Source: Candidatus Aminicenantes bacterium (GTDB lineage Bacteria > Acidobacteriota > Aminicenantia > Aminicenantales > UBA4085). Taken from it: a stretch of DNA of 46,516 nt. Where the stretch lies: NCBI GenBank assembly GCA_016867585.1, contig VGJF01000002.1, positions 1 to 46,516 on the forward strand, in the 5' to 3' direction. This document shows positions 15,298 to 23,934 of this stretch, one piece after another (within the stretch, counting starts at the first letter, position 1; each line of letters begins with the position of its first letter). The translations under genes and the position numbers were made by a program. A model generated the notes under the pieces. That model had not been told where the DNA came from and made no database searches. It saw nothing but the letters and a program-made list of their open reading frames with translations.

Positions 15298-18152
15298 GGG
15301 GAACCTTTCGCCGCCCGGCGCCGGTCGAGGTCCTTGGGCAGGACGATCGTGAACCGCGTCCCCCGGCCGGCCTCGCTCCGGACGTCGATTCGGCCCTCGT
15401 GCTCCTTGACGATCGCGTAGCTGATCGACAGGCCGAGGCCGGTGCCTTTCCCGATCCCTTTCGTCGTGAAGAAGGGGTCGAAGATCCGGGGGAGGTGCTG
15501 TTCCTTGATCCCCGTCCCGGTGTCGGCGATCGAGACGACGGCCTCGGAGGCCGTCTCGGCGAGGTCGACGGCCAGGCGGCCGCCGTCGGGCATGGCGTCG
15601 ATGGCGTTGAGGATGATGTTGATGAAGACCTGCTGGAGCCGCTCGCCCTGGGCCCAGACCGGCCCGACCGGGGCGAGGTTCAACTCGAGGACGATGGACA
15701 TGGCCTTGAGCTTATAGTCGATGAGGGAGATGATTTCCTGGAGGCTGTCCCGGAGGTTGACCCGGTGGAAGGCCGGATCGGACGGATTCCGGGAGAAGGT
15801 CAGAAGGTTTTTGATGATCCGCGAGACGCGCTCGGTCTGGGCTTCGATCTTCTCCAGGATTTGGGCGAGGTGGGCGTCGGTGGCCTTTTTCTGAAGCAAT
15901 TGGACGTAGCTCGAAATCCCGGTCAGCGGGGTGTTGATCTCGTGGGCGACGCCGGCCGAAAGGAGGCCGATCGAGGCCAGCTTCTCCGAGGTCACGAGTT
16001 GCTGCTGGAGACGGATTTTCTCGGTGATGTCCTCGAAGACGATGATCGTCCCGTAGGGGTTGAGCCGGTTGTCGAGGAGGGGGGTGCGGGCGATGTCGAA
16101 GACGCGCATCTCGCCCAGCCGGGTCTCGATCGGGATCTCGTTGAGGAGCTGGTAGTCCGAAAGGGTGTCGGGCGGATAAACGGCCGCGAACGTCTCCGGG
16201 CCGATGATGTCCCGGAGGCTCGAGCCGAGGACTTCCTCTTTCCTCCGTCCGAACGTCGCCTCGACGACCCGGTTCCAGCCGATGATCCGGCCGTTCTTGT
16301 CGAGGACGACGACGCCGACGGTCAGGCTCTCGATGATGTTCTCGCTGTAGTCCTTGAGCCGCTCGAGTTCGGCCGCCCGGGCCCCGGCCTGGGCGTAGAG
16401 CGAGGCGTTTTCGACGGCCAGGGCGGCCGGCGACGAGATCGTCGTCAGGAGCTCCCAGTCCTCGCTCGTCAGGAACGTCGCGTCGAGTTTGCGGCCCATG
16501 GCCAGGAGGCCGACGAGCTTGTCCTCGACCTTGAGGCCGAGGAAGTGCTCGAACCCCGAGGCGTTGAGGGTTTCGAGCCTGGCCTGGAGGGTCTTGTCTT
16601 CGGTCAGGGAATACAGCGAGAGGGAATCGCCGGCCGTCAGGGTTTCGGCCACGGCCAGGTCGAGGACGAGGCGGGCCGGCGAGGGGGTCGGGAAATCGCC
16701 CTTGGCACTCGAGAGGAGGAAGGCCCGGCTTCCGGCCTCTTCGGGAAGATAAAGGGCGATCGACCGCAGGGAGAGGGCGTTGGCGACGAGTTCGAGGAGG
16801 CGTCGGGCCAGGAGGTCGAGGTTGCGCTCCCGGGAGAGCTCCTGGGAGATGGCCAGGAGGGTTTTGCGGTACTGGTAGCTTCGGCGGTAGAAGACCCGGT
16901 CGAAGAGGGACTGGAAAAGCGACCGAAGAGGGGTGAAGAGCGTCGCCCCGAGAAGGATGGCCACGATCCCGAGGACGAGGGCGTTGGCTTTGTTCTGGGA
17001 GAAGATTTTGGTCTGGGAGGAGACGCCGAAATAGACGAGAGCCAGGACGAAGTAGGAGAACACGAGGGTCGCGGCCTTCTTGATGATGACCTCGAGGTCC
17101 ATGAGTTTGTAACGGGTGATGGAGTAAGAGACGGCCAAGGGGAGGAGGGCCTGGAGGAGGACCGTCAGTTCGGCCAGCTGGGTCGGGGCGTAGCCGGCGA
17201 CGAACGGCAGGACGTAGAACAGAGTGAAGGGCACGATGCCGAATCCGAGGCCGTAGACGACCCATTTGAGCTGGCGGCGGACGATGAAGCTCGAATGGCC
17301 GAGGGTGCTGTGGCCGAGGACGACGAGGGTCGCGAAGGTGAAGGCGGCGAAATGGCCCAGGTCGAGCTTCTCCAAGGTCCCGACGAGGGCCAGGAGGCGA
17401 CCGCTGTCGAGCGAACCGGCCAGGGGCAGATGGAGAACGACCCAGGAGAGGAAGAGGCCGGCCGCGGGGACGTAGAGAAGGCGGGACCTCGACGGCCGGC
17501 CGTCGAGGGATTTATGGCGCTGGGGATAGAGGAGGAAATAGTGGAGCAAGAGCGGCGGGAAGGCCAGGAAGGCGGCTTTGTCCAGCCAGAAAAAGGCCGA
17601 GTCGAGGAGGTCGAACTCGCCCGTCGGAGAGAAGATGTAGAAGGCGAAGAGGAGGGTCGAGAGGAGGTAGAACATGACATGGGTCGGGGCGTACGGGCGG
17701 GACGATTTCAGGAAGACGATGAGGGCCAGGATGAGCGTCGTCAGGCCGATCAGGGCCAGGTAGAAGTAGAGAATCGAAGTCCCTTTCGAACGGAGGAACA
17801 TCGAGAAATTCAGGGGGACGACCTCCCCGGTCCGGTAGATCTCGTAAGTCAGTTTCTGGCCGGCCGTCCCGGCCATCCAGAGGTTGCGGACGAGGTCGAT
17901 CTTGGACCGGATGACGACTTTATCGGGGACGAGGTTGTGGTTGACGGAGTGGACGACGTCGCCCTTTCTGATGCCGGCGAGCTCGGCCGGGCCGTCCGTG
18001 TCGACCCGGATCGCCGTCAGCCCGGCCGGGCGCTTCTCCCAGGTCACGCCGTCGGTCGGCTCCTTCCAGCCGATTTTCCGGCCGACGTTGACCCCCCCGA
18101 GAACGAGGAGCAGCGCCAGGAGGACAAGGAAGACATAGGCTTGGCGCCGCAT
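15294..18152 (-). CDS. Sensor histidine kinase: PDZ + about 9 TM + GAF + PAS + HisKA/HATPase
   Basis: N-terminal TM, then a PDZ-like region (GPAELAGIRKGDVVHSVN). Multi-TM block. H-box SAGVAHEINTPL. N/G boxes IILNAIDAM, DTGTGI, GTGLGL. 4-nt overlap with the regulator gene. Confidence 0.85.
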   Translation of the reverse strand: MRRQAYVFLVLLALLLVLGGVNVGRKIGWKEPTDGVTWEKRPAGLTAIRVDTDGPAELAGIRKGDVVHSVNHNLVPDKVVIRSKIDLVRNLWMAGTAGQKLTYEIYRTGEVVPLNFSMFLRSKGTSILYFYLALIGLTTLILALIVFLKSSRPYAPTHVMFYLLSTLLFAFYIFSPTGEFDLLDSAFFWLDKAAFLAFPPLLLHYFLLYPQRHKSLDGRPSRSRLLYVPAAGLFLSWVVLHLPLAGSLDSGRLLALVGTLEKLDLGHFAAFTFATLVVLGHSTLGHSSFIVRRQLKWVVYGLGFGIVPFTLFYVLPFVAGYAPTQLAELTVLLQALLPLAVSYSITRYKLMDLEVIIKKAATLVFSYFVLALVYFGVSSQTKIFSQNKANALVLGIVAILLGATLFTPLRSLFQSLFDRVFYRRSYQYRKTLLAISQELSRERNLDLLARRLLELVANALSLRSIALYLPEEAGSRAFLLSSAKGDFPTPSPARLVLDLAVAETLTAGDSLSLYSLTEDKTLQARLETLNASGFEHFLGLKVEDKLVGLLAMGRKLDATFLTSEDWELLTTISSPAALAVENASLYAQAGARAAELERLKDYSENIIESLTVGVVVLDKNGRIIGWNRVVEATFGRRKEEVLGSSLRDIIGPETFAAVYPPDTLSDYQLLNEIPIETRLGEMRVFDIARTPLLDNRLNPYGTIIVFEDITEKIRLQQQLVTSEKLASIGLLSAGVAHEINTPLTGISSYVQLLQKKATDAHLAQILEKIEAQTERVSRIIKNLLTFSRNPSDPAFHRVNLRDSLQEIISLIDYKLKAMSIVLELNLAPVGPVWAQGERLQQVFINIILNAIDAMPDGGRLAVDLAETASEAVVSIADTGTGIKEQHLPRIFDPFFTTKGIGKGTGLGLSISYAIVKEHEGRIDVRSEAGRGTRFTIVLPKDLDRRRAAKGSP

Positions 18153-18210
18153 CGTTCAATCCAATAAATTGAATCCAGTGTATAAAAAAAATCTGGCTCG
18201 TGTAAAGGCG

Positions 18211-18459
18211 TCAGTCCAGGACGTGGCGGCCCGAGGCCCGGATGGCCCAAATGATCCGGGGCTGCTCGGCCAGGCGGGCGTAGCGGCTGTCCTCCTGGAG
18301 GCCGAGAGGCCGGGTGTTCCGGTTGAGCCACTGGCTCATGTAGGAGGTGTCGGGGGGGCGGATCGGCTGGGTGTCTTGGGCGGGAGGAGGGTCTTGGGAG
18401 GCCAGGAGGGCCAGGGCGGCGACGGCCGGGAATGCCAGAATGCGCCTGCGTCCTTTCAT
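18211..18459 (-). CDS. Small secreted hypothetical protein (82 aa), first gene of the kinase operon
   Basis: ATG at 18459: MKGRRRILAFPAVAALALLASQ (signal-peptide-like). GC3-rich codon usage typical of the real genes here. No recognisable family. Confidence 0.5.
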   Translation of the reverse strand: MKGRRRILAFPAVAALALLASQDPPPAQDTQPIRPPDTSYMSQWLNRNTRPLGLQEDSRYARLAEQPRIIWAIRASGRHVLD

Positions 18460-18466
18460 CGATAAA

Positions 18467-18495
18467 ACGATACCCCTCCCCAGGGCGAATGTCAA
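18467..18495 (-). promoter_or_regulatory. Sigma70-type promoter (TTGACA-17-TATCGT, minus strand) ending 7 nt before the ATG at 18459
   Basis: Minus strand: TTGACA (18495-18490), 17-nt spacer, TATCGT (18472-18467), 7 nt, ATG. No room for a Shine-Dalgarno after the predicted start site. Confidence 0.4.
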
Positions 18496-18514
18496 ACGGC
18501 CGGATCGGGCAAAA

Positions 18515-18543
18515 TTGACAAAGGGCGGGCGTTGGCCTAAGCT
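18515..18543 (+). promoter_or_regulatory. Sigma70-type promoter for the secretion/pilus-like operon (TTGACA-17-TAAGCT)
   Basis: TTGACA at 18515-18520, 17-nt spacer, TAAGCT at 18538-18543. It sits back-to-back with the divergent promoter, the two -35 boxes 19 bp apart. Confidence 0.45.
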
Positions 18544-18593
18544 AATGCCGGGCTTTCCTTGAAGCTTGGAACCAACCGGGAGGAGACGCCGAG

Positions 18594-19796
18594 GTGCCTT
18601 CTTTTCTCTGCCGTTTGACCGGCGAAGACGGACGGGTCCTCGTCCGGAAACTCGCCGCGGCCTCGGCCGCGGACGTCCGACGGCACTTCGAGTCCGAAGG
18701 CCTGTGCGTCCTGGGGGTCAAGCGGGACTGGAGCCGCCTTCGCCTGTCCCTCTTCGAGGGCCGGATCAACCCCCGCGACTTCATCATGTTCAACCAGGAG
18801 CTCATGGCCCTTCTCCGGGCCGGCTATCCCGCCCTCCGGAGCCTCGAGGTCATCGCCGCGCGGGCCAAGAGCCCCGCCCTGCGCGACGTCCTGGGGAAGG
18901 TCGAAGAGGACATCCGGCACGGCAAGTCGATTTCGGAAGCCTTCGCGCCTTTCGAAAAGCGGTTTTCCAAGATCTATACGGCCGCCCTGACCGCCGGCGA
19001 GCAGAGCGGCAACCTTCCCGAGACGATCGGGCAGTACGTCCAGTACGCCAAGAGAATCGACCAAACCCGCCGCCGCGTCCGTTCGGCCATGACGTACCCG
19101 ACGCTGCTCTTTTTCTTCGCCGTGGGGCTCCTCCTGGTCATCCTGAACTTCGTCCTGCCGAATTTCTCCGACTTCTACGCCGACTTCGAAAGCCAGCTTC
19201 CCCTCGTCACGGTCCTGCTGATCGACTTTTCGATGTTCGTCCGCCGGTTGTGGTGGCTCTGGCTCCTCCTGATCGTCTTTCTCGCGGCCGCCGTCTCCCG
19301 GCTCAAACGCCGCGAAGACACCCTCGTCTGGCTTGAACGCCAGAAACTGCGCCTGCCCCTCGGCCGTCTTCTTTGGCGCGAGTCCGGGGTCGGGCTCTTC
19401 AGCCGAACGCTGAGCCTTCTCCTCGGAGCCGGGGTCTCGCTCGTGCCCGCGGTCGGGCTGGCCGCCCAGGCCATCCCCAACAAGTACCTCGCCGCGCGGG
19501 CCTCGGCCATCCCGGCCGGGATCAAGAACGGCGAGACCCTCTCGGAGGCCATGGCCAAGACCGAGGTCTTTCCCTCCCTGGCCCTGGACATGGTCCGGAT
19601 CGGGGAAACGTCGGCCAACCTGGCCGGGATGCTTCGCGAAGCGGCTGAGGTCTACGAAGAGCGGGTTCAGTCCAAGATCGACACCCTCGTTTCGCTCGTC
19701 GAACCGGTCATCATCATCTTCGTCGGTTTTCTCGTAGCCCTGATGCTCCTGGCCGTCTATCTTCCCATTTTCAACATCATCAAGGTGGCTCGCTGA
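18594..19796 (+). CDS. GspF/PilC-family inner-membrane platform protein
   Basis: 400 aa, GTG start after GGAGGAG. Two T2SSF-type repeats. Typical N-terminus and C-terminal LAVYLPIFNI. Confidence 0.9.
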   Translation: MPSFLCRLTGEDGRVLVRKLAAASAADVRRHFESEGLCVLGVKRDWSRLRLSLFEGRINPRDFIMFNQELMALLRAGYPALRSLEVIAARAKSPALRDVLGKVEEDIRHGKSISEAFAPFEKRFSKIYTAALTAGEQSGNLPETIGQYVQYAKRIDQTRRRVRSAMTYPTLLFFFAVGLLLVILNFVLPNFSDFYADFESQLPLVTVLLIDFSMFVRRLWWLWLLLIVFLAAAVSRLKRREDTLVWLERQKLRLPLGRLLWRESGVGLFSRTLSLLLGAGVSLVPAVGLAAQAIPNKYLAARASAIPAGIKNGETLSEAMAKTEVFPSLALDMVRIGETSANLAGMLREAAEVYEERVQSKIDTLVSLVEPVIIIFVGFLVALMLLAVYLPIFNIIKVAR

Positions 19797-19797
19797 C

Positions 19798-21408
19798 ATG
19801 GACAACTCCCCCCCCCGGACCATCCTCCCCGACGAGGACGGCGAAACGCGGAAGCTGGCCGAGCGATACGGCGTCCCGTTCACCGACCTCCGGGGCGTCG
19901 CCGTCGACCGCGACCTCGTCCAGAGCTTTCCGCCTGATTTCCTCTACCGGTCCAACTTCATCCCTCTCGAGGCCGGCCCGACGAGCCTCCGGATCGCCTT
20001 GGCCGACCCCTCCGACATGGCCACGATCGACGCCGTCGAGTCGTTGACCGGCAAGAAGGTCGAGGTCCTAGCCGCGCCCAAGAGGGCCATCCACGAGGCC
20101 CTCCGCAAGAGCGAAACCGCCCTCCAGGTCCTCCGCGACGCGACCGAAGGATTCATTCAGAGGATCGTCGAGAAGGACGGCGGCGAGGAGGAGGAGGCCA
20201 TCTCCCTCGAGAAGCTGGCCGACCAGGACGGCTCAATCATCAAGCTCGTCAACACGATCATCTTCACCGCCGTCCAGAAGCGGGCCTCGGACGTCCACGT
20301 CGAGTCGAAGGAGGAGAACGTCCACGTCAAGTACCGGATCGACGGGGTCCTCGGCGAGGCCATGGCCCCGATCGACAAGAAATTTCAGGCCCCGATCATC
20401 TCCCGGGTCAAGGTCATGTCCGACCTCGACATCGCCGAGCGCCGGATCCCCCAGGACGGCCGCTTCCGCCTCCGGATCAAGGACAAGACGATCGACTTTA
20501 GGGTCTCGGTCATGCCCTCGATCTACGGGGAGGACGCGGTCATCCGGATCCTGGACAAGGAGATGATCACCGAAGCCATCCGCGACCTCCGCCTCGACCT
20601 TCTCGGCTTCTCCGACGAAGTCCTCCGGAAGTTCCGCCGCTACATCACCCAGCCCTACGGGATGATCCTCGTCACCGGGCCGACGGGGAGCGGCAAGACG
20701 ACCTCCCTCTACGCCGCCCTGACCGAGATCAAGTCGATCGAGGACAAGATCATCACCATCGAAGATCCGGTCGAGTACCAGATCGACGGGATCACCCAGA
20801 TCCCGGTCAACGAGAAGAAGGGCCTGACCTTCGCCCGCGGCCTCCGCTCGATCCTCCGCCACGACCCCGACAAAATCATGGTCGGCGAGATCCGCGATCC
20901 CGAGACGGCCCAGATCGCCATCCAGTCGGCCCTGACCGGCCATCTCGTCTTCACGACCGTCCACGCCAACAACGTCTTCGACGTCATCGGCCGGTTCCTC
21001 CACATGCAGGTCGACCCCTACAGCTTCATCTCGGCCCTCAACTGCATTCTCGCCCAGCGCCTGGTCCGGGTTCTCTGCCCGGCCTGCAAGTCGGCCGTCC
21101 GATACGCCGACGACCAGCTCCTCGAGTCCGGACTCGACCCCGACGTCTACCGCGGCCGGACATTTTACGAAGCCCGGGGCTGCCGGGAGTGCGGCCAGAC
21201 GGGCTATCAGGGCCGGACGGCCATCGCCGAGCTCCTCGAACTCTCCGACGAGATCCGGGAAATGATCCTCGGCCGCAAGCCCCTCTCCGAGATCCGCAAG
21301 AAGGCCAAGGCCGAGGGGATCATCTTTCTCCGCGAGGTCGGCGTCCAGAAGGTTTTCGACGGGACGACGAGCCTCAAGGAATTGAACAAAGTCACGTTCG
21401 TGGAATGA
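19798..21408 (+). CDS. GspE/PilB-family assembly ATPase
   Basis: N-terminal GSPII_E_N-like domain. Walker A GPTGSGKTT, Asp box, Walker B, His box. Tetracysteine CPACK...CRECGQTGYQGR. Confidence 0.9.
   Translation: MDNSPPRTILPDEDGETRKLAERYGVPFTDLRGVAVDRDLVQSFPPDFLYRSNFIPLEAGPTSLRIALADPSDMATIDAVESLTGKKVEVLAAPKRAIHEALRKSETALQVLRDATEGFIQRIVEKDGGEEEEAISLEKLADQDGSIIKLVNTIIFTAVQKRASDVHVESKEENVHVKYRIDGVLGEAMAPIDKKFQAPIISRVKVMSDLDIAERRIPQDGRFRLRIKDKTIDFRVSVMPSIYGEDAVIRILDKEMITEAIRDLRLDLLGFSDEVLRKFRRYITQPYGMILVTGPTGSGKTTSLYAALTEIKSIEDKIITIEDPVEYQIDGITQIPVNEKKGLTFARGLRSILRHDPDKIMVGEIRDPETAQIAIQSALTGHLVFTTVHANNVFDVIGRFLHMQVDPYSFISALNCILAQRLVRVLCPACKSAVRYADDQLLESGLDPDVYRGRTFYEARGCRECGQTGYQGRTAIAELLELSDEIREMILGRKPLSEIRKKAKAEGIIFLREVGVQKVFDGTTSLKELNKVTFVE
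19808..19816. repeat. Homopolymeric C9 tract in codons 4-7 of the ATPase gene
   Basis: atg gac aac tcc ccc ccc cgg: nine consecutive C, counted directly. Confidence 0.9.
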
Positions 21409-22334
21409 CGATGGCCGGAATCCGGGAGCGCTGGAACCGCTTTTTCACGGAGCCGATCGCTCCGCCGACGGCTTTTCAAATCAGCCGGGGTTTCCTTTGC
21501 GGCGTCCGTCACTCCCGGAAGGAGCGGCGGATCGCGGCCCATGTCATCCGTCCCCTCCCGCCGGGCGCCCTCAACCCCGGGTTCGACCGCCCGAACGTCG
21601 TCGACGCCCCGGCGCTCGAGGCCGCCGTCCGGGACGCCGTGCGACGCCTCGGCGCCGCCGAGATGATGGTTTCCCTCCTCATCCCGGAGACCGCGGTCAA
21701 GACGGTCCTCCTGGCCTTCGACGCCCTGCCGTCCGCGGACGAAGAGCGCGAGTCCGTCGTCCGCTGGAAATTGGCCAAGACGCTGCCTTTGAAATTCTCC
21801 GACCTCCGGCTCTCGTTCGACGTCTCGAAAACGAACGGCGGGAAGAGGGCTTTCTGCGTCTTGGCCCTCGAGAGCGTCGTCCGGGAATACGAAGAGGCCT
21901 TTGCCAAGACGGGTCTCCGCGTCCGGGCGGTCGGACTTCCGACGCCTCACCTCCTCGGGCTCCTCCCGGAGAGCGGCCCGACCGAGGTCCTTATCGCCAA
22001 CGTCGAGGAAGACCATTTGTCGCTTTTCGCCGCCGGGGACGGGGGGCCGGTCCTCTTCCGGGTCAAGGGATTCACCCCGGCGAGCGCGGCCGGCGGCGAA
22101 GGCTGGCCCCTCGTCGCGGCCGAGGTCGTCAACACGATCCATTTCCTCGAGGACCGCGAAAACTTCCGGGTCAAGGCCATTTGGGTCCGGGACGCCCGGG
22201 GGGCGCCCTCGGCCGTGGAGGCCTTGGCGGCGAGGGCCGGATGCCCCGTCCGTCCGGTCGGCTTCGCTTCGCCGGCCGTGGCCGGCCCCCGGGAGCAGGC
22301 CCTTCTCGCGCCTCTCATCGGACAGGTTTCATGA
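21405..22334 (+). CDS. PilM/GspL-like cytoplasmic assembly protein (divergent)
   Basis: Real gene is the C-terminal 309 aa of track ORF 21189..22334 (MTMAGIRERW...). ATGA overlap with the gspE stop. Called from position, size and lack of TM segments; sequence similarity is weak. Confidence 0.55.
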   Translation: MTMAGIRERWNRFFTEPIAPPTAFQISRGFLCGVRHSRKERRIAAHVIRPLPPGALNPGFDRPNVVDAPALEAAVRDAVRRLGAAEMMVSLLIPETAVKTVLLAFDALPSADEERESVVRWKLAKTLPLKFSDLRLSFDVSKTNGGKRAFCVLALESVVREYEEAFAKTGLRVRAVGLPTPHLLGLLPESGPTEVLIANVEEDHLSLFAAGDGGPVLFRVKGFTPASAAGGEGWPLVAAEVVNTIHFLEDRENFRVKAIWVRDARGAPSAVEALAARAGCPVRPVGFASPAVAGPREQALLAPLIGQVS

Positions 22335-22894
22335 ACGGACGGCCGCGGCCCCACATCAACCTGGCCAGCCGGCCGGTCCGCAACCGGCGATTCTATTTCG
22401 CCGCCTTGGGCGGGATGATGGCCGTCTTCGTCCTCGCCGCCGCCGTCCTCGGTCTGTGGCTCGTCCGGGCTTCGAGCCGGGCTTCGGCCGACGCGAAGGC
22501 GGCCGCGGCCGCAAGCCTCCGGTCGTCCGACACCGAAAGAGAGCGGCTCGATTTTGTCGGGAGGGCTGATGCCCTTCAGCGCCGGGAGCGGGACCTCGTC
22601 GCCCAGGTCAATCAGGCGATCGCCCGCAAACGGTTCTCCTATGTCGAGTTCTTCGCACTTCTCGAGGAGGCCCTGCCGGCGAGGTGTTATATCGCCGCCC
22701 TCACTCCCGTTTCCGCCCCCGAGGGACGGATCGAAAACCGCCTCCGGGTCGTTACGGCCGGCCTCGAGGACCTCATGGGCCTGATGACCAGGCTGGAGAA
22801 CCTGAAATTCAAGAACGTCATGATGAAAGGCGAGATCCAGGTCGGCGGCGAGCTCGTCGCCGAAATCGGGTTGGTCTATGAAAAAGCTCATTGA
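22331..22894 (+). CDS. PilN-like bitopic assembly protein
   Basis: 187 aa from the ATG at 22331 (ATGA overlap). INLASRP N-terminus followed by a single TM (FYFAALGGMMAVFVLAAAVLGLWLV), then a coiled-coil and ferredoxin-like periplasmic part. Confidence 0.6.
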   Translation: MNGRPRPHINLASRPVRNRRFYFAALGGMMAVFVLAAAVLGLWLVRASSRASADAKAAAAASLRSSDTERERLDFVGRADALQRRERDLVAQVNQAIARKRFSYVEFFALLEEALPARCYIAALTPVSAPEGRIENRLRVVTAGLEDLMGLMTRLENLKFKNVMMKGEIQVGGELVAEIGLVYEKAH

Positions 22895-23447
22895 CCTTCT
22901 GGGGGCTGGGGAGAGGAAAACCCTGCGGATGGGGGCCGTCCTGGCCGGCCTCGCCGCCGCGGCCCTCCTCCTGTTCGCCGTCCGGGCCGAGGTCCGGGCC
23001 GGGCGGGAGGCCCGCCGTCTGGCCGCGGCCGAAGACCGGGTCCGGGAAGCCGAGCGGAACCGCGACGCGGCCGAGGTCGAGCTCGGACGATGGGCCGGGG
23101 CCCAGACCGATCTCCGGGAGCTCGGGGCGAAATGGTTCTATGACCCCGGCCAGGGCATCCCGGCGCTTCGCTACGACCTCCGGAAAATCTTTCAGGAGAC
23201 AGGGATCGCCGTCCCGGAAATCACCTATAACGACATCGACCTCGTCCGCGGCAGGCTCCGGCGGGTCACGGCCGAGTTCAGGCTGGCCGGGCCCTACGTC
23301 CTCTTCCGCCGCTTCCTGGAAATGGTCGAAAAGCAGCCTCGCGCGATCCACGTCGAAAAGGTCGAGTTCGAGGACATCGGGACGATGCAGCCCGGGATCG
23401 TCCAGGTCCGGGTAACTCTGGTGGGGTATTACCTCCATGAAGAATGA
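22878..23447 (+). CDS. PilO/GspM-like bitopic assembly protein
   Basis: 189 aa. N-terminal TM (LRMGAVLAGLAAAALLLFAV), coiled-coil, C-terminal alpha/beta domain. 17-nt overlap with the upstream gene. Confidence 0.5.
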   Translation: MKKLIDLLGAGERKTLRMGAVLAGLAAAALLLFAVRAEVRAGREARRLAAAEDRVREAERNRDAAEVELGRWAGAQTDLRELGAKWFYDPGQGIPALRYDLRKIFQETGIAVPEITYNDIDLVRGRLRRVTAEFRLAGPYVLFRRFLEMVEKQPRAIHVEKVEFEDIGTMQPGIVQVRVTLVGYYLHEE

Positions 23448-23934
23448 AATGGTCATCTTCGCGGCCCTGGCGGCCGCGGCCGCGATCTTCGCCCAGGACC
23501 AAACCTCGGCCCCGAGCCGGGGGGCGGCCCCTTTGGTCCGCGTCGATCTCGTCACCTTCGCCCCCCGCCCCTTCAATCCGCCCAGACGCGACCTGTTCAC
23601 GACTCAAGTGTATGTCTCGGCGGCCGGGGCAGGTCCCGGAGCCTCCGGCCCGGGGTACGTGACGTCTCCCCCGGCGACAGAGACGGTCGAGAAAGAAAAA
23701 CTCGAAGAAGCGCCGACGCCCGGTTTCGTCTTGAGATATGTCGGCTTCGTCCAAAACCGGGCCCGGACGAGGTTCGTCGGGCTGGTCATGTTCGAAGGCC
23801 GGCCCCATCCGGTCGAATTGAACGATGTCATCGGACCGGGCTGGAAGGTCCGCCGTCTGTCGGACAAGGAGATCGAGGTCGAAGGGCCGGACGGCGCCAC
23901 CCAGGTTTTCGCCCTCGAAGGAGAGATTCGATGA
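23437..23934 (+). CDS. PilP/GspC-HR-like periplasmic protein
   Basis: 165 aa. Signal peptide (MVIFAALAAAAAIFAQ), a Pro/Gly-rich linker, and a C-terminal small beta-domain (RYVGFV...GLVMFEGRPHPVELNDVIGPGWKVRRLSDKEIEVEG). Confidence 0.45.
   Translation: MKNEMVIFAALAAAAAIFAQDQTSAPSRGAAPLVRVDLVTFAPRPFNPPRRDLFTTQVYVSAAGAGPGASGPGYVTSPPATETVEKEKLEEAPTPGFVLRYVGFVQNRARTRFVGLVMFEGRPHPVELNDVIGPGWKVRRLSDKEIEVEGPDGATQVFALEGEIR

Noticed and set aside
15288-18167. 959-aa plus-strand ORF opposite the histidine kinase
   Set aside because: Antisense shadow with an acidic low-complexity translation. The minus frame has complete HisKA/HATPase motifs.
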